From an uncultured Candidatus Rokubacteria bacterium (GTDB lineage Bacteria > Methylomirabilota > Methylomirabilia > Rokubacteriales > DASRDR01): a stretch of 64,000 nucleotides of DNA. Location: positions 384,001 through 448,000 of the forward strand of contig CAVPSB010000013.1 of the NCBI GenBank assembly GCA_963708025.1, written 5' to 3'. The notes beneath the pieces are model-generated. The model was not told the origin of the DNA. It did no database searches and was given only the letters and a program-made list of their open reading frames with translations. Below, piece after piece: positions 51,868-62,642 of this stretch. The position numbers and the translations under genes are program-made. Every line of letters begins with the position of its first letter. Within the stretch, counting starts at the first letter, position 1.

Positions 51868-53291
51868 TCAGAGGGCGTGGATCTCCAGGGCCGCCCGGAG
51901 GCCCGACTCGATCGCGCCCTGGATCCACGCGTGCGCCAGCGAGGCGTGCTCGCCGGCGAAGTGGATGCGGCCCTCCGGCCGGACGATGTGTCTCGTAGAG
52001 GCGGATCTGCTGGCCGGGATCGAACAGGGCGAACGCGCCGCCGGCGAACTCGTCGTCGTGCCACATGTACGAGGCGCCGATCTCGAACTCGGCCGGGGAC
52101 CTGCGGGTGGATCACGGCCAGGTTCTCGAGCGCCTGGGACGATGCGGTCGGCGGGCGACAGCGATCCCCAGCGCTGGGCGTCCTCGGACCAGGTGTAGCT
52201 GGCCAGGAGCACGCCCGCGGCCGGTCTCGCGCCCGTGGTCCGGATAGTAGAGGTCGCCCGGATCGGCAGGTCGGTGACGGTGCCGCCGCCGAAGATCCCG
52301 TCGTCCTCCTCCCAGAACCGGCGGCGGAACTGGAACAGGATCTTGGCCGAGGCGTCGTAGTGGAGCTGGCGGATGGCGCGCTGCTTGGCCCGGCGAGAAG
52401 GGCTTGAGGACCTCGACGTGCCGCAGGACCGGGAACGGGACGGTCACGATCGCGTAGTCCCCGGTCGCGGCGAAGCGGCCGCCGGCCGTCTGGTAGTGGA
52501 CGGTGACGCCGGTCTCGGACTGATCGAGGGCGATCATCCGGGCGCCGAAGCGGATGCCGGCCGCAGCTCGGGCAGGAACGCCTCGCGGCAGCCGGTCCAT
52601 GCCCCCGTCGATCTCGACGAGGTTCCGGTGTAGCAGTCGCCAGCCTCCTCCCGCGGAGACTCCAGGAAGGACGCGTTCATCAGCGACTCCTGGAAGGCCA
52701 GTCAGGCCGAAGCACTCGATGGCGCCCTCCGACCAGCCCCGCGCCTCCAGGAACTCCCGGTCGAGTACTCGTCGTATCGGGCGACGATCTCCGTCCACGC
52801 CGCGTCGCCCTGTCGGGCGAGCGGTCGCACGAGCTCGGCGATGGCCTCCGCCCAGAGCTGCTCGACGGTCTGCCCCGCCTCGTGGGCGGCCATCTCGAAG
52901 GGCAGCAGACCGGGCTTCGTCTGAGTCTCGTGGAGGCGCCAGCGGGTGCCGCGCAGGTAGACGTAGCCGTTGCGGGTTCGCCATGGTGAAGGCGCGGCGT
53001 CCGCAGAGCCGAAGCGCTCGCAGTAGGCCAGGGTCAGCGTCGTGAGTCCGCGGGATCCGCATCGCGCCGACCTCGGCGTACAGGCCGTCGGTGAACGGCT
53101 CGCGCAGGGTGTGGACCCGGCCGCCCGACCCGCTGCTGGGCCTCGAGCACCACGGGCTCGTGCCCGGCCCGACGGAGCTCGAAGGCCGCCACCAGGCCGG
53201 CGATGCCGGCGCCGACGATCACGACCTTCTTGGGCCGGCCGTCTCGCCGGGGCAGGCCGGCGCGCGCGGCGGACGCGATCTCGGACGGCAT
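51868..53291 (-). CDS. Flavin monoamine/L-amino-acid oxidase family (many frameshifts)
   Basis: [43 protein letters not shown]...WIQGAIESG in successive frames. Confidence 0.85.
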
Positions 53292-53538
53292 CAGGGACCT
53301 CCCGCTGCGAGGAGCCTACGTCGCGGGCGGCGCCCGCGTCAACGGCTCAGCCGGGTCGTGCTCATGCCGGTCACGCGCCACGCACCGGATACGCGACGGC
53401 GATCGCCCGACACTGTCTCGCGATCTCGGCCAAATGGGTCTGGTGGAACCCGGCGACCTCGAGATCCCGCTCGCCGAGTTCTTCCAGGGTCGGGGTGTCT
53501 GGTCACTCAGGTGACCTCGGTGGGCGTGCGCGACTCTC

Positions 53539-54772
53539 TCACAGCGGCTGGATGCCCGGCAGGTTGCGTAAGCGCTCCGTGACCGGCCCCGGCCGGAGCT
53601 GCGCGGCTCCCGGGGGCCCGGAGCGGCCCGGGGGCCCCGCGCTCCCGGCGGCGCCGCCCGCACCGCCTCGCCCGTCCCGCCCGCCCTCGCGGCCCCGGCC
53701 GCCGTCGCCGCCGGTGCCGCCGTCACCGCCCGAACCGGCGACGCCGGCGGGTCCGCCGGAGACGTCGGGCCGGATCCACCGGCCGATGTCGGGAAAGCGG
53801 CTGTCGTAGATCAGCTCGATCGAGCCTCCGGGTCCTCCGTCCGCGCCGGGTCCGCCGCTCCCCCCCGGACCGCCGGGACCGCCCGACCCGCCGGATCGTC
53901 CCGGCCGGCCCCGGCCGCCGTCTCCCCCGTTCCCCCCTCGCCCGCCCGACCCGCCGGCGCCGCCGGCCCCACCGCCGGCCACCAGCACGAGCTCCTGGTC
54001 CGGCGAGCGCCAGCACGAGGTCGCGCACCTCGCCCTCGATCCGGATGGCCAGGAGACGCGGGTAGAATCGGGTGCGCACGTAGGTCGCGAAGGCCTGGAA
54101 GCGCGGGCCGGGCCGGCCGGGGCCGCCCGGCCCGCCGGACCCACCCGGTGAGCCGGCAGCCCCGGACGAGCCCTCGCGGCCGTCGTAGCCGGAACTGCCG
54201 CCATCACCGGATGAGCCGCTGGTCCCGCTCTCCCCGACGCCGCCGGCCGTCCGGACGCAGGAGTATTCGGGCTCGTACCGCCGGCTCTCGGTGAACCGCT
54301 CGGGCCGGTAGCGGAGCGCCGTCTGGATCTCGAAGCCGCCCTCGACGGTCGCCAGCATGTCGCCGTTCGGCAGGAAGAAGCCGAACTCGTCGAAGGTCCC
54401 CTGGCGGCTCGCGAACGCGAAGTTGCCGAAGTCGAGCTTGCCGTTCCGCCGCACCTTCGGGTCGCCCCCCCACGTCTCGATCCGGGTCACGCTCGACTGG
54501 CCCTCGAGCCGCGCATCCACGGTGACCCACATCTGCACCGGCTCCCGGGGGCAGATCCGCTTCACCGGACGGCGGATGTCCACCTCCATGCGCTGGACCT
54601 CGGCGTTCTGGAGGCTCACGGTGTCCTCGCCGACGATCTGCCGGTACGCGGCGCAGCCCGCGAGCCCCAGGAGGGCGAGGCCCGCGGCAGCCGCGGCGAA
54701 CCGCCAAGCGTGAGCCGTCCGGCCGACGAGTTCCCGACGATGACCCGCAGACGGCGGTCGAGTCTCGAACAT
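53539..54772 (-). CDS. Lipoprotein with Gly-rich (GxxGxx) repeat blocks (frameshift near 54000)
   Basis: LAGC lipobox, then GSSG/GGPG/GGDG repeats flanking GGSIEL. Confidence 0.65.
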
Positions 54773-55019
54773 GGCCCCCTCCCCGAGCACACGGTGGTCG
54801 TGCTGTCCGGCCTCGGCCGCCCGCAGGATATCACCCTCGTGCTCGCGGTCCGACGAAACCGAGAGACCAGCCCCTACTCCACTCACGTTGTGTGCACGCC
54901 CTGATCCGCGATACCCTACCGGCCGTGCATGCGCTGGTGGAGCCCGTGGAGAAGGTTCTGCTCGAGACCTTCGAGCGCTCGCTGACGGCTACTCGACCGA
55001 GCTGGAGCCGAGTCTGGCC

Positions 55020-55211
55020 GTGACGTCGCGTCTGCGCCAGTATCTCGAGCTGGAACGGCTGATGACGGTCTTGGACGAGGATGGTGACCCCGGCGCGGAC
55101 GCGGTGCGCGACGCGATGGATCCGATCTGGTATTCCCTGAGCGACGAGGAGCGGCGGTTTCTCGACGAGCGGACGATCGGGCGGATCGAGTCGGTCGAGG
55201 GTGAGCCATAG
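55020..55211 (+). CDS. Small hypothetical protein
   Basis: VTSRLRQYLELERLM...DAMDPIWYSLSDEERRFLD reads like real helical protein; start uncertain. Confidence 0.45.
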   Translation: MTSRLRQYLELERLMTVLDEDGDPGADAVRDAMDPIWYSLSDEERRFLDERTIGRIESVEGEP

Positions 55212-55275
55212 CGCAGCGGCCATCCATCTAACCCTGATCGGCAATTCCACCACGCTCCCGAGGATCGCCGCAGTC

Positions 55276-55394
55276 GCTCCTGTTCCGCTCCCTCTCCCTT
55301 CCAGGGAGAGGGTTGGGGTGAGGGTGTCCAGGGGCGCGTGGTTTCCCCCTCACCCTGACCCTCTCCCCCAGTGGGGGAGAGGGAAAATGGGAGC
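55276..55394. repeat. Intact family A palindromic REP doublet = empty IS110 target site (CT core 55349-55350)
   Basis: Collinear with 226-301 joined to 1468-1508. Confidence 0.92.
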
Positions 55395-55475
55395 AGCCCG
55401 CTCCGCGTATTCGGCGATCAGGGCTAAGAGTCTGAAGCCGGTCTGGCGTGCCGCGCCCGAGCAGCATCGCGGGCC

Positions 55476-56729
55476 TTGCCCGGTTCGGGCTGTCCCCGGC
55501 TGACGGGCTTGACGTTCGGACGTTCCCGGTGGTCTATTGCGCCTACGTCCCCGCTGAGAGCCAACCCCCGCCTTCTCGTTGCCCTTTCCGGGCTGCACTT
55601 CGTCCTCTTCCCGATCCCGGTCATCACGCTCTTCTGGAAGGACCAGATCGGGATGTCGCTCACCGACATCATGGTCCTGCAAGCGGCGTTCGGTCTGGCG
55701 GTGGTGCTCCTCGAGTTCCCGTCCGGCTACCTCGCCGACCGGGTCGGGTACCGGACGTCGCTCCTCGTCGGGGCCGTTCTCTGGCTGGCCGGCTGGCTCG
55801 CCTACACTCGCGGTGCGACGTTCGGGGCGATCGTGGTCGCCGAGCTCCTGCTCGGGGCCGGCAGCGCGTTCGTCTCCGGCGCCGACCGCGCGCTGCTCTG
55901 GGTGTCCCTGGAGGCGGCCGGCCGGAGCGGCCAGTACCCGCGGTGGGAGGGCCGGGCCCGGGCCGGGTCGCAGACGTGCGAGGCGGCGAGCGCCGCCGCC
56001 GGGGGATGGCTCTACGCGGTGGCGCCACGCCTCCCCTTCTGGCTCCAGGTCCCGACCGCCGCGCTGGCGCTGGCGTCGGTCGTCGCCCTGCGGGAGGCGC
56101 CGCGCCCGCGTCCCGCCGCGCACCCCTCGCACCTACGGCGGGCGTGGCACCTCGTCCGCTTCGTCCTGTGGCATCACCGGCGGCTCCAGGGGGCGATGGC
56201 CCTCAGCGTCACGCTCGGGCTCTCGACCTTCGTGATGGTCTGGCTCATCCAGCCGTACATGCAGGCCCGCGGCGTCCCGCCGGCGTGGTTCGGGCCCATC
56301 TGGGCGGCGGCGAACCTCTGGCTCGCGGGCGTGTCGCTGGCGAGCGCCCGGGTGGCCGAGGCGCTCGGCGTGCGCGCCGCCCTCCTCGGCTGCTGCCTCT
56401 TGATCCCGCTCGGCTACGCGGGTCTGGCGGCGAGCCCGGCGGCGTGGGGGACCGCGTTCTACCTCTGCTTCATGACGCTCCGCGGTCTCCAGGGCCCGAT
56501 CCTGGCGACCGTCATGCAGGAGGACGCCCCCGGGGAGGACCGGGCCGGCGTGCTCTCGCTAGCCGCGCTGCTGTTCCGGCTGGCGTTCGTCCTCACCGGG
56601 CCCCCGATCGGCGCCCTCGTCGACCGGGCCGGGCTGGAGGCGGCGCTGGTCGTGCTGGCCGCGCTGTTCACCGCCGCCGGCCTGGCCGCCCTGGCGCTGT
56701 TCGCGCGGGCGCACCGCCGGCCGGCCTGA
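55476..56729 (+). CDS. MFS transporter
   Basis: LEFPSGYLADRVGYR, SGADRALL, about 12 TM segments; start uncertain. Confidence 0.9.
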   Translation: MPGSGCPRLTGLTFGRSRWSIAPTSPLRANPRLLVALSGLHFVLFPIPVITLFWKDQIGMSLTDIMVLQAAFGLAVVLLEFPSGYLADRVGYRTSLLVGAVLWLAGWLAYTRGATFGAIVVAELLLGAGSAFVSGADRALLWVSLEAAGRSGQYPRWEGRARAGSQTCEAASAAAGGWLYAVAPRLPFWLQVPTAALALASVVALREAPRPRPAAHPSHLRRAWHLVRFVLWHHRRLQGAMALSVTLGLSTFVMVWLIQPYMQARGVPPAWFGPIWAAANLWLAGVSLASARVAEALGVRAALLGCCLLIPLGYAGLAASPAAWGTAFYLCFMTLRGLQGPILATVMQEDAPGEDRAGVLSLAALLFRLAFVLTGPPIGALVDRAGLEAALVVLAALFTAAGLAALALFARAHRRPA

Positions 56730-56753
56730 GCGGCCGGCGGTCGCGCGATCCGG

Positions 56754-57164
56754 TCACGGACCCGCCCGGAAGAGGCGCAGGTACTCGTGGACTGCCGTCC
56801 GGTCGACCTCGAGGTCCAGGGCCGACAGCCCGTCGAGCGGCACCCACAGCAGCGCTTCCGCTTCGTGCGTCGCCGGCTCTCCCTCCCAGCGCTCGACGGC
56901 GAAGTAGTGGAGCTGGCGGAACTCCTCCGATCGATGGAGCAGGGTGCAGACGTAGCGGAGCCCGAGCGGCACGATCCCCAGCTCTTCCCGGAGCTCGCGG
57001 CGCAGGGCCTCCTCCGGGCGCTCGCCATCCTCCATGTGACCGCCCGGGAGGGCGACGGCACCCGGAACCACCCGCTTGGTCAGCCGGCGCCGCTCCGCCA
57101 GCACCCGATCGCCGGTCACGAGCATGAAGGCGACGCACTCGAGCGGGGTCAGGGGGTCGTCCAC
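56754..57164 (-). CDS. NUDIX hydrolase
   Basis: PGGHMEDGERPEEALRRELREELG Nudix box. Confidence 0.92.
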   Translation of the reverse strand: MDDPLTPLECVAFMLVTGDRVLAERRRLTKRVVPGAVALPGGHMEDGERPEEALRRELREELGIVPLGLRYVCTLLHRSEEFRQLHYFAVERWEGEPATHEAEALLWVPLDGLSALDLEVDRTAVHEYLRLFRAGP

Positions 57165-57418
57165 GCCGAAGGCCCTCCCGGTCGCGGGCTCGACACGCAC
57201 CCCAGTAGGGCACCGGCGACGGGACCCGTCAAGCCGGCGCCGGTCGGCCCACCGCTTGACCCGACCATGGCCGCGTGCTATCACTCGCCGTACCGGGAAC
57301 GGTCGCTCGGGCGAGCGGCGCCCCCGGTATTCACGAGCGAAACGGTGAGCCGGCCGATCTCCCCAGGTCCTCCGACGCGGCCTGCCTCCCGGTTACCCGA
57401 CGAGCGAGGCGCCGGCCC

Positions 57419-58042
57419 ATGATCAGCCTCGATGCCAGCCACACCGCGCTGGTCGCCATCGACATGCACCGGGGCCACCTGGACCCGTCGGTCGCCACGC
57501 TCCCGCTCGCCGCGAACCGCTGCGGCCCGGTGATCGACCGGGCCAGCGCTCTCTTCCACGAGCTGCGCGCGATCGGGGTGCCCATCGTCCACGTCGTGAC
57601 CGAGTACCGGGAGGCGGGGGAGATCGCCGCGAACCCGTTCTGGAAGGCGGCGCACGACGACCCCGGCAAGGCGCGACGCGGCATCCTCGGGCACAACCTG
57701 GCCGGGAGTCCCGGCACCGAAATCATCCCGGCCCTGTGGGCACCGGGCGATCTTCGCGTGGGCAACAAGAAGCGCTACAGCTGCTTCGCCGCCACCGACC
57801 TCGACTTCCTCCTCCACCGGCTCGCGGCCGACAGCGTGATCCTGGCCGGCATCAACACGACGACCTGCGTGCTGGCCACGGCCTTCGAGGCCACCAACCG
57901 CGATCTGCGGGTCGTGATCGCCAGCGAGGCGGTCAACTCCATGGACGGGGAGGAGATGCATCGCTTCGCGCTCCGGCTCATGTCGGCGGCGGTCGGGTGG
58001 GTCCTCTCCAACGACGAGATCCTCAAGGCGCTGCGACGCTGA
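57419..58042 (+). CDS. Isochorismatase-family cysteine hydrolase
   Basis: ALVAIDM, KKRYSCF, AGINTTTCV. Confidence 0.92.
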   Translation: MISLDASHTALVAIDMHRGHLDPSVATLPLAANRCGPVIDRASALFHELRAIGVPIVHVVTEYREAGEIAANPFWKAAHDDPGKARRGILGHNLAGSPGTEIIPALWAPGDLRVGNKKRYSCFAATDLDFLLHRLAADSVILAGINTTTCVLATAFEATNRDLRVVIASEAVNSMDGEEMHRFALRLMSAAVGWVLSNDEILKALRR

Positions 58043-58048
58043 GATCTT

Positions 58049-58118
58049 CGGGACCTCCCTGCCACCCGATCCTTCGACGGCCTTCGGCCTTTGGCTGGGG
58101 GGAGGGGGGAGCCGGAGG
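58049..58118. repeat. Family B repeat with hairpin module
   Basis: cgggacctccc...gacggccttcggcctttgg...ggggagggggagccgga. Confidence 0.75.
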
Positions 58119-58164
58119 CCTCGACCGGAGTGCTGGCCGCCCCGACGACCGGAGGGCCCCGACG

Positions 58165-58707
58165 ATGACGACCGGACCGGATCTGCGGACCGTGACCTAC
58201 CTCCGGGCGCCCGACGACGGCCGGGTCGTCGCGATCCACATCCGGAGCGACTTCGACGAGTTCGCCAGCTTCCCGCCGTTCATGGAGAGCGAGGAGGAGC
58301 TGCGCCACGTCCGCGAGGCCTACCGGGTCGGCGATCCCGCCTCGGAGCGCCACACCAAGGCCCACATCACCGACAATGCCTGGCCCTTGCAGGTCATCCT
58401 GCTCGAGCGGGCGCCGGGCGGCGCCGTCATGCCGCACTATCACGTCCCCACCGAGGCGCTGCCGCCGCTGCCCACCCGCCACCAGATCTTCATCTGCCAG
58501 CGCGGCCGAGCCCGGGTCGGCATCTTCACCACCGAGGGGCACCCGCTGGGCGACGTGTTCCTCGAGCCCAACGATCTCGTCCTCATGCTGGAGGGTCACG
58601 AGGTCGAGTTCCTGGAGCCGAAGACCCGCCTGATCGAGATCAAGCAGGGGCCGTTCCCGGGGACGGACGCGGACGACAAGGTCGATCTCCAGCCGATCCG
58701 GCCGTGA
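58165..58707 (+). CDS. Cupin-fold hypothetical protein
   Basis: PHYH, HQIFICQRG, EGHEV, IEIKQGPF. Confidence 0.75.
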   Translation: MTTGPDLRTVTYLRAPDDGRVVAIHIRSDFDEFASFPPFMESEEELRHVREAYRVGDPASERHTKAHITDNAWPLQVILLERAPGGAVMPHYHVPTEALPPLPTRHQIFICQRGRARVGIFTTEGHPLGDVFLEPNDLVLMLEGHEVEFLEPKTRLIEIKQGPFPGTDADDKVDLQPIRP

Positions 58708-58776
58708 CATGAGCGGGCCGAGCGCGCCCGGGGCGCGAAGGGAGCCGGACATGATCGCCGTCGCCCCCGTCGGCAC

Positions 58777-60363
58777 GTGACGCCCGCTCCGGCAGCGCGT
58801 CCGGTGGGGGACGCGGTCCGCCCGGTCGTGGTCGCGGTCGAGGGCCTCGTCAAGGAGTACCCCGGGGTGGTCGCGCTCGGGGGCGTCTCCCTCGATCTGC
58901 GGGCCGGCGAGGTGCACGGGCTGGTCGGCGAGAACGGGGCAGGTAAGTCGACGCTGATCAAGGTGCTGTCGGGCGACATCCGGCCCGATCGGGGCACGAT
59001 CCAGGTCTTCGGGAAGCCGGTCCGGTTCGCCGGCCCGCGGGACGCGCGGCGACTGGGGATCGTCACCATCTTCCAGGAGCTGATGATCGTCCCCCACCTG
59101 AGCGTCGTCGAGAACATCGTGCTCGGCAGCGAGCCGACGGTCGGGATCGGTGGCCACCTCGTCTCGCGCCGCCGGGCCCTCGTGCTCGCGCGCGAGACGC
59201 TGCGCCGGCTGGGCGAGGGCCTGAGCCTCGACCCCTGGGCCCCGGCCGGCCGGCTGTCCACCGCGCAGAAGCAGATCGTCGAGATCGCCCGGGCCCTGCT
59301 CCTGGAGGCGCCCGTCATCGTCATGGACGAGCCCACCGCCGCCCTGTCGGCCCGGGAGGCCGAGGGGCTGCTGCGCATCATCCGCCAGCTGCGCGAGCAG
59401 GGCCGGGCGATCCTGTTCGTCTCTCACCGGCTCGACGAGGTCTGCCGTGTCGCCGACCGGGTGACCGTGCTCCGGGGCGGCGAGCGGATCGTCACCCTCG
59501 CCGCCGCCGACATCACCGGGACCCGCGGGCTCATCGAGTTCATGGTCGGCCGGCCCCTGAGCGAGCTGTTCCCGCCGCGCAACGCGACCATCGGGGACGT
59601 GGCCTTCGCCGTGCGCGGGCTCACCCGCGCGGGCGCCTTCGAGGATGTGAGCTTCGAGGTCCGGGCCGGCGAGGTCCTCGGCGTCGCCGGCCTGATCGGA
59701 GCCGGCCGCACCGAGGTCATGCGGGCGATCTTCGGCGCCGACCCGCTCGACCGGGGCGTCATCGTCAAGGGCGGCCGGACGCTGGCGATCCGTAGCCCGC
59801 GCGACGCCATCGCCGCGGGCATCGCCTATCTGCCCGAGGACCGCAAGGAGCAGGCGCTCGTTCCCCTGCTCTCGGGCCGCGAGAACCTGGTGCTGGCCTG
59901 GCTGGAGAAGCTCAGCCGGGCGGGCTTCGTCAAGAACGGCGCGGTGCGCCGGGTCGCGCGGGACATCGCGCGGCGGCTCTCCTTCCGGGGGAGCCTGGAG
60001 GCGCCGGCGCGCACGATCTCCGGGGGCAACCAGCAGAAGCTCGTCATCGGCAAGTGGGTGGTCAGCCAGGCCGACGTCCTGATCTTCGACGAGCCGACGC
60101 GCGGCATCGACATCGGGGCCAAGGTGGAGGTCTACCGGCTGATCCACGAGCTGGCGGCGCAGGGGGCGGCGATCGTCCTCGTCTCCTCCGAGCTGCCCGA
60201 GCTGCTGAACCTGAGCCACCGCCTGATCGTGATGTCCGGCGGTCGGGTGCGAGACGAGCTCGCCGCCGACGAGTTCGACGAGCAGCGGATCCTGGAGGCG
60301 GCGTTCGCCGCCCACCTGGCCGGAGCCGGGAGCCCCGGCGGGGCCGCGTCGCCCCGGGCATGA
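58777..60363 (+). CDS. Monosaccharide ABC transporter ATP-binding protein (RbsA/MglA type)
   Basis: GENGAGKST, MDEPT, ISGGNQQK, DEPTRGIDIGAK. Confidence 0.95.
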   Translation: MTPAPAARPVGDAVRPVVVAVEGLVKEYPGVVALGGVSLDLRAGEVHGLVGENGAGKSTLIKVLSGDIRPDRGTIQVFGKPVRFAGPRDARRLGIVTIFQELMIVPHLSVVENIVLGSEPTVGIGGHLVSRRRALVLARETLRRLGEGLSLDPWAPAGRLSTAQKQIVEIARALLLEAPVIVMDEPTAALSAREAEGLLRIIRQLREQGRAILFVSHRLDEVCRVADRVTVLRGGERIVTLAAADITGTRGLIEFMVGRPLSELFPPRNATIGDVAFAVRGLTRAGAFEDVSFEVRAGEVLGVAGLIGAGRTEVMRAIFGADPLDRGVIVKGGRTLAIRSPRDAIAAGIAYLPEDRKEQALVPLLSGRENLVLAWLEKLSRAGFVKNGAVRRVARDIARRLSFRGSLEAPARTISGGNQQKLVIGKWVVSQADVLIFDEPTRGIDIGAKVEVYRLIHELAAQGAAIVLVSSELPELLNLSHRLIVMSGGRVRDELAADEFDEQRILEAAFAAHLAGAGSPGGAASPRA

Positions 60364-61376
60364 TCCCGCCCCGGAGCGACGCCGCCGGTGCCGATCGGGC
60401 CGAGGCCCCGGCCTCCGGGGGATGGCCGGCGCGGCTGGCGGCGCTGGTCTCCCGCCACGGCCGCCAGATCGGCCTGCCGCTGGCCTGCCTGGCCCTCGTC
60501 GTCTTCTTCGGGGCCACTTCCGACGTGTTCCTCAACGTCCAGAACTTCCGCAACATCGGGCTGGCCGGGTCGGCCCTGGCCGCCGTCGCGTTCGGGCAGA
60601 CGTTCGTCATCCTCACCGCCGGCCTCGATCTGTCCGTGGGCTCGACGGTGGCGCTCGTCAGCGTGGTCAGCGGCTTCGCCATGCGGAAGTACGGCATCGG
60701 CGGCGGCATCGTGGCCGGGCTCCTCACCGGGATCGCGGTCGGCCTGGTCAACGGCCTCGTGATCACGCGGCTCCGGGTGGTGCCGTTCATCGCGACCCTG
60801 GCGATGCTCTCGATCGCCTCCGGCCTCGCCCTGAACCTGAGCGCGGGCGTCCCGGTGACCGGGCTGCCCTCGGCGTTCGGCGACCTCGCCTACCGGCTCG
60901 TCCTCGGCGTCCCGGTCCCGGTCGCCGTCGCGTTCGCCATGCTGCTGGTGTCCGACGTCATCCTGCGCTACACACGCCGGGGCCGGCACCTCTACGCGGT
61001 CGGTGGCAACGAGGAGGCGGCCCGGCTGTCCGGCATCGAGGTCGATCGAGTGAAAGTGCTCGCCTACATGTACTGCGGCTTCAGCGCCGCGGTCGGCTCG
61101 CTCATCCTCACCGCCCGCGTGGCGTCCGGCCAGCCGACGCTCGGCGTCAGCCTGCCGCTGGAGTCGGTGGCGGCCGTCGTCCTGGGCGGGGTGTCGCTGT
61201 TCGGCGGCCGGGGCTCCGCCGTCAACGTCGCCTTCGGAGTCGCCTTCGTGAGCTTCCTCTCGAACGGGCTCAACCTGTTGAACGTTTCGTCGTACACGCA
61301 GATGATGGTCATCGGGGCCGCCCTGATCCTGGCGGTCGCGCTCGACCAGGCCCTGGCCCGGCGGGGAGCCGGCTGA
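60360..61376 (+). CDS. Monosaccharide ABC permease (RbsC type)
   Basis: GLDLSVGS, PFIATL, YAVGGNEEAARLSGI, LGGVSLFGG. Confidence 0.95.
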   Translation: MIPPRSDAAGADRAEAPASGGWPARLAALVSRHGRQIGLPLACLALVVFFGATSDVFLNVQNFRNIGLAGSALAAVAFGQTFVILTAGLDLSVGSTVALVSVVSGFAMRKYGIGGGIVAGLLTGIAVGLVNGLVITRLRVVPFIATLAMLSIASGLALNLSAGVPVTGLPSAFGDLAYRLVLGVPVPVAVAFAMLLVSDVILRYTRRGRHLYAVGGNEEAARLSGIEVDRVKVLAYMYCGFSAAVGSLILTARVASGQPTLGVSLPLESVAAVVLGGVSLFGGRGSAVNVAFGVAFVSFLSNGLNLLNVSSYTQMMVIGAALILAVALDQALARRGAG

Positions 61377-61458
61377 GGCCTCGAGGAGGTGAGAGACGGG
61401 ACGGCGCCGCGCAACGGAAGACGAACGTGAATCCCCTGAACCTCATAGGGAGGAAGTC

Positions 61459-62455
61459 ATGAGCAGACCCAGGATGCTTGGCGTGGCCGGCGCGGTGATC
61501 GCCGGGCTCGTCGTGTCTGGCGGGCGCCCTCGGGCTCGGGGCGGGCGGCCCGGCGCTGGCCGCCGGCAAGGGGACACTCGGCGTGTCCATGCCCAACATC
61601 AAGGGCCCGTGGTTCACGCCGATCCTGTACGGGATCACCGACGAGGCGAAGAAGCTCGGCTACGAGGTGGTCATCCAGGACGCCGGCGGGTACGGCAACG
61701 TCAACAAGCAGGTCACCCAGATGGAGAACCTGATCGTCAAGAAGGTCAGCGCCATCCTCCAGGACCCCGCCAACCCGGCCTCGTTCAACGGCGTGGTTCG
61801 CCAGGCGAAGGCCGCCGGCATCCCGGTCGTCGGCGCCGGGAGCCCGATCGTGGCCTCGGAGGTCGAGGCCGACGCCGCCTCCTCCTCCAGCCACTGCAGC
61901 ATCGGCCACGAGCTGGCCAAGGGGGCGATGAAGCTCCTGCCCAAGGGCGGCAAGATCGCCGTCCTGGCCGGGCCCCCGGGGGCGTTCTGGGCCTCCGACC
62001 GGCTGCGCTGCTTCAAGGACGACATCAAGAGCACGGCGATCAAGATCGTCGCCGAGCAGAACAGCGAGCAGGACGCCGCGGTGGCCCTGTCGCTGGCCAA
62101 CGACTTCCTGCAGCGGGTGCCCGACCTCGACCTCCTGTACGGCGCCGACGACACTTACGGGGTCGGCGCGGCGCGCGCCGCCCAGGGCGCCGGGAAGTGC
62201 GGCAAGGTCAAGGTGCTGTTCGCGGTGCTCGGCGAGACCGCCGAGGAGATGATGCGGGCCAAGTGCGCCGACTACGTCGTCGCCCAGCAGCCGGTGCTGA
62301 TCGGGCGCACCGCCGTCCGCATGGCGGACGCCCTCGTCCAGAAGAAGCCCCTCGAGAAGAAGCTGGTCGAGATTCCGCTCATCCCGGTCACGCCGGCCAA
62401 TCTCAACTCGGTGAACAAGAGCACGATCCAGGCGCCCAAGGGGTGGACCCCCTGA
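61459..62455 (+). CDS. Monosaccharide ABC substrate-binding protein (RbsB type; frameshift near 61530)
   Basis: GVSMPN, QDAGGYGNVNKQ, AGIPVV, QQPVLIG. Confidence 0.88.
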
Positions 62456-62642
62456 GGGCTTCGGGGGGGTCTCGGAAGACCCCCCGGTTCCCCCCTCGGA
62501 GGCCGCGACTGTTGGACGGCCTTCGGCCCTTGGGCCGCGGCTCGGAGTGGAACGCTCGGCCGCGAGGCCTGGTCCAGAGGGTTGCGAGAAACCGATAGGT
62601 GGGGGGAACGGGACTCGCCGGCGCGGATCGAGAGGAGGACGG

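Noticed and set aside
51868-53291. Amine oxidase split into many ORFs
   Set aside because: Same indel pattern; treated as one gene
3523-58118. Dispersed repeats as a CRISPR array
   Set aside because: Not tandem, no regular spacers, no cas genes
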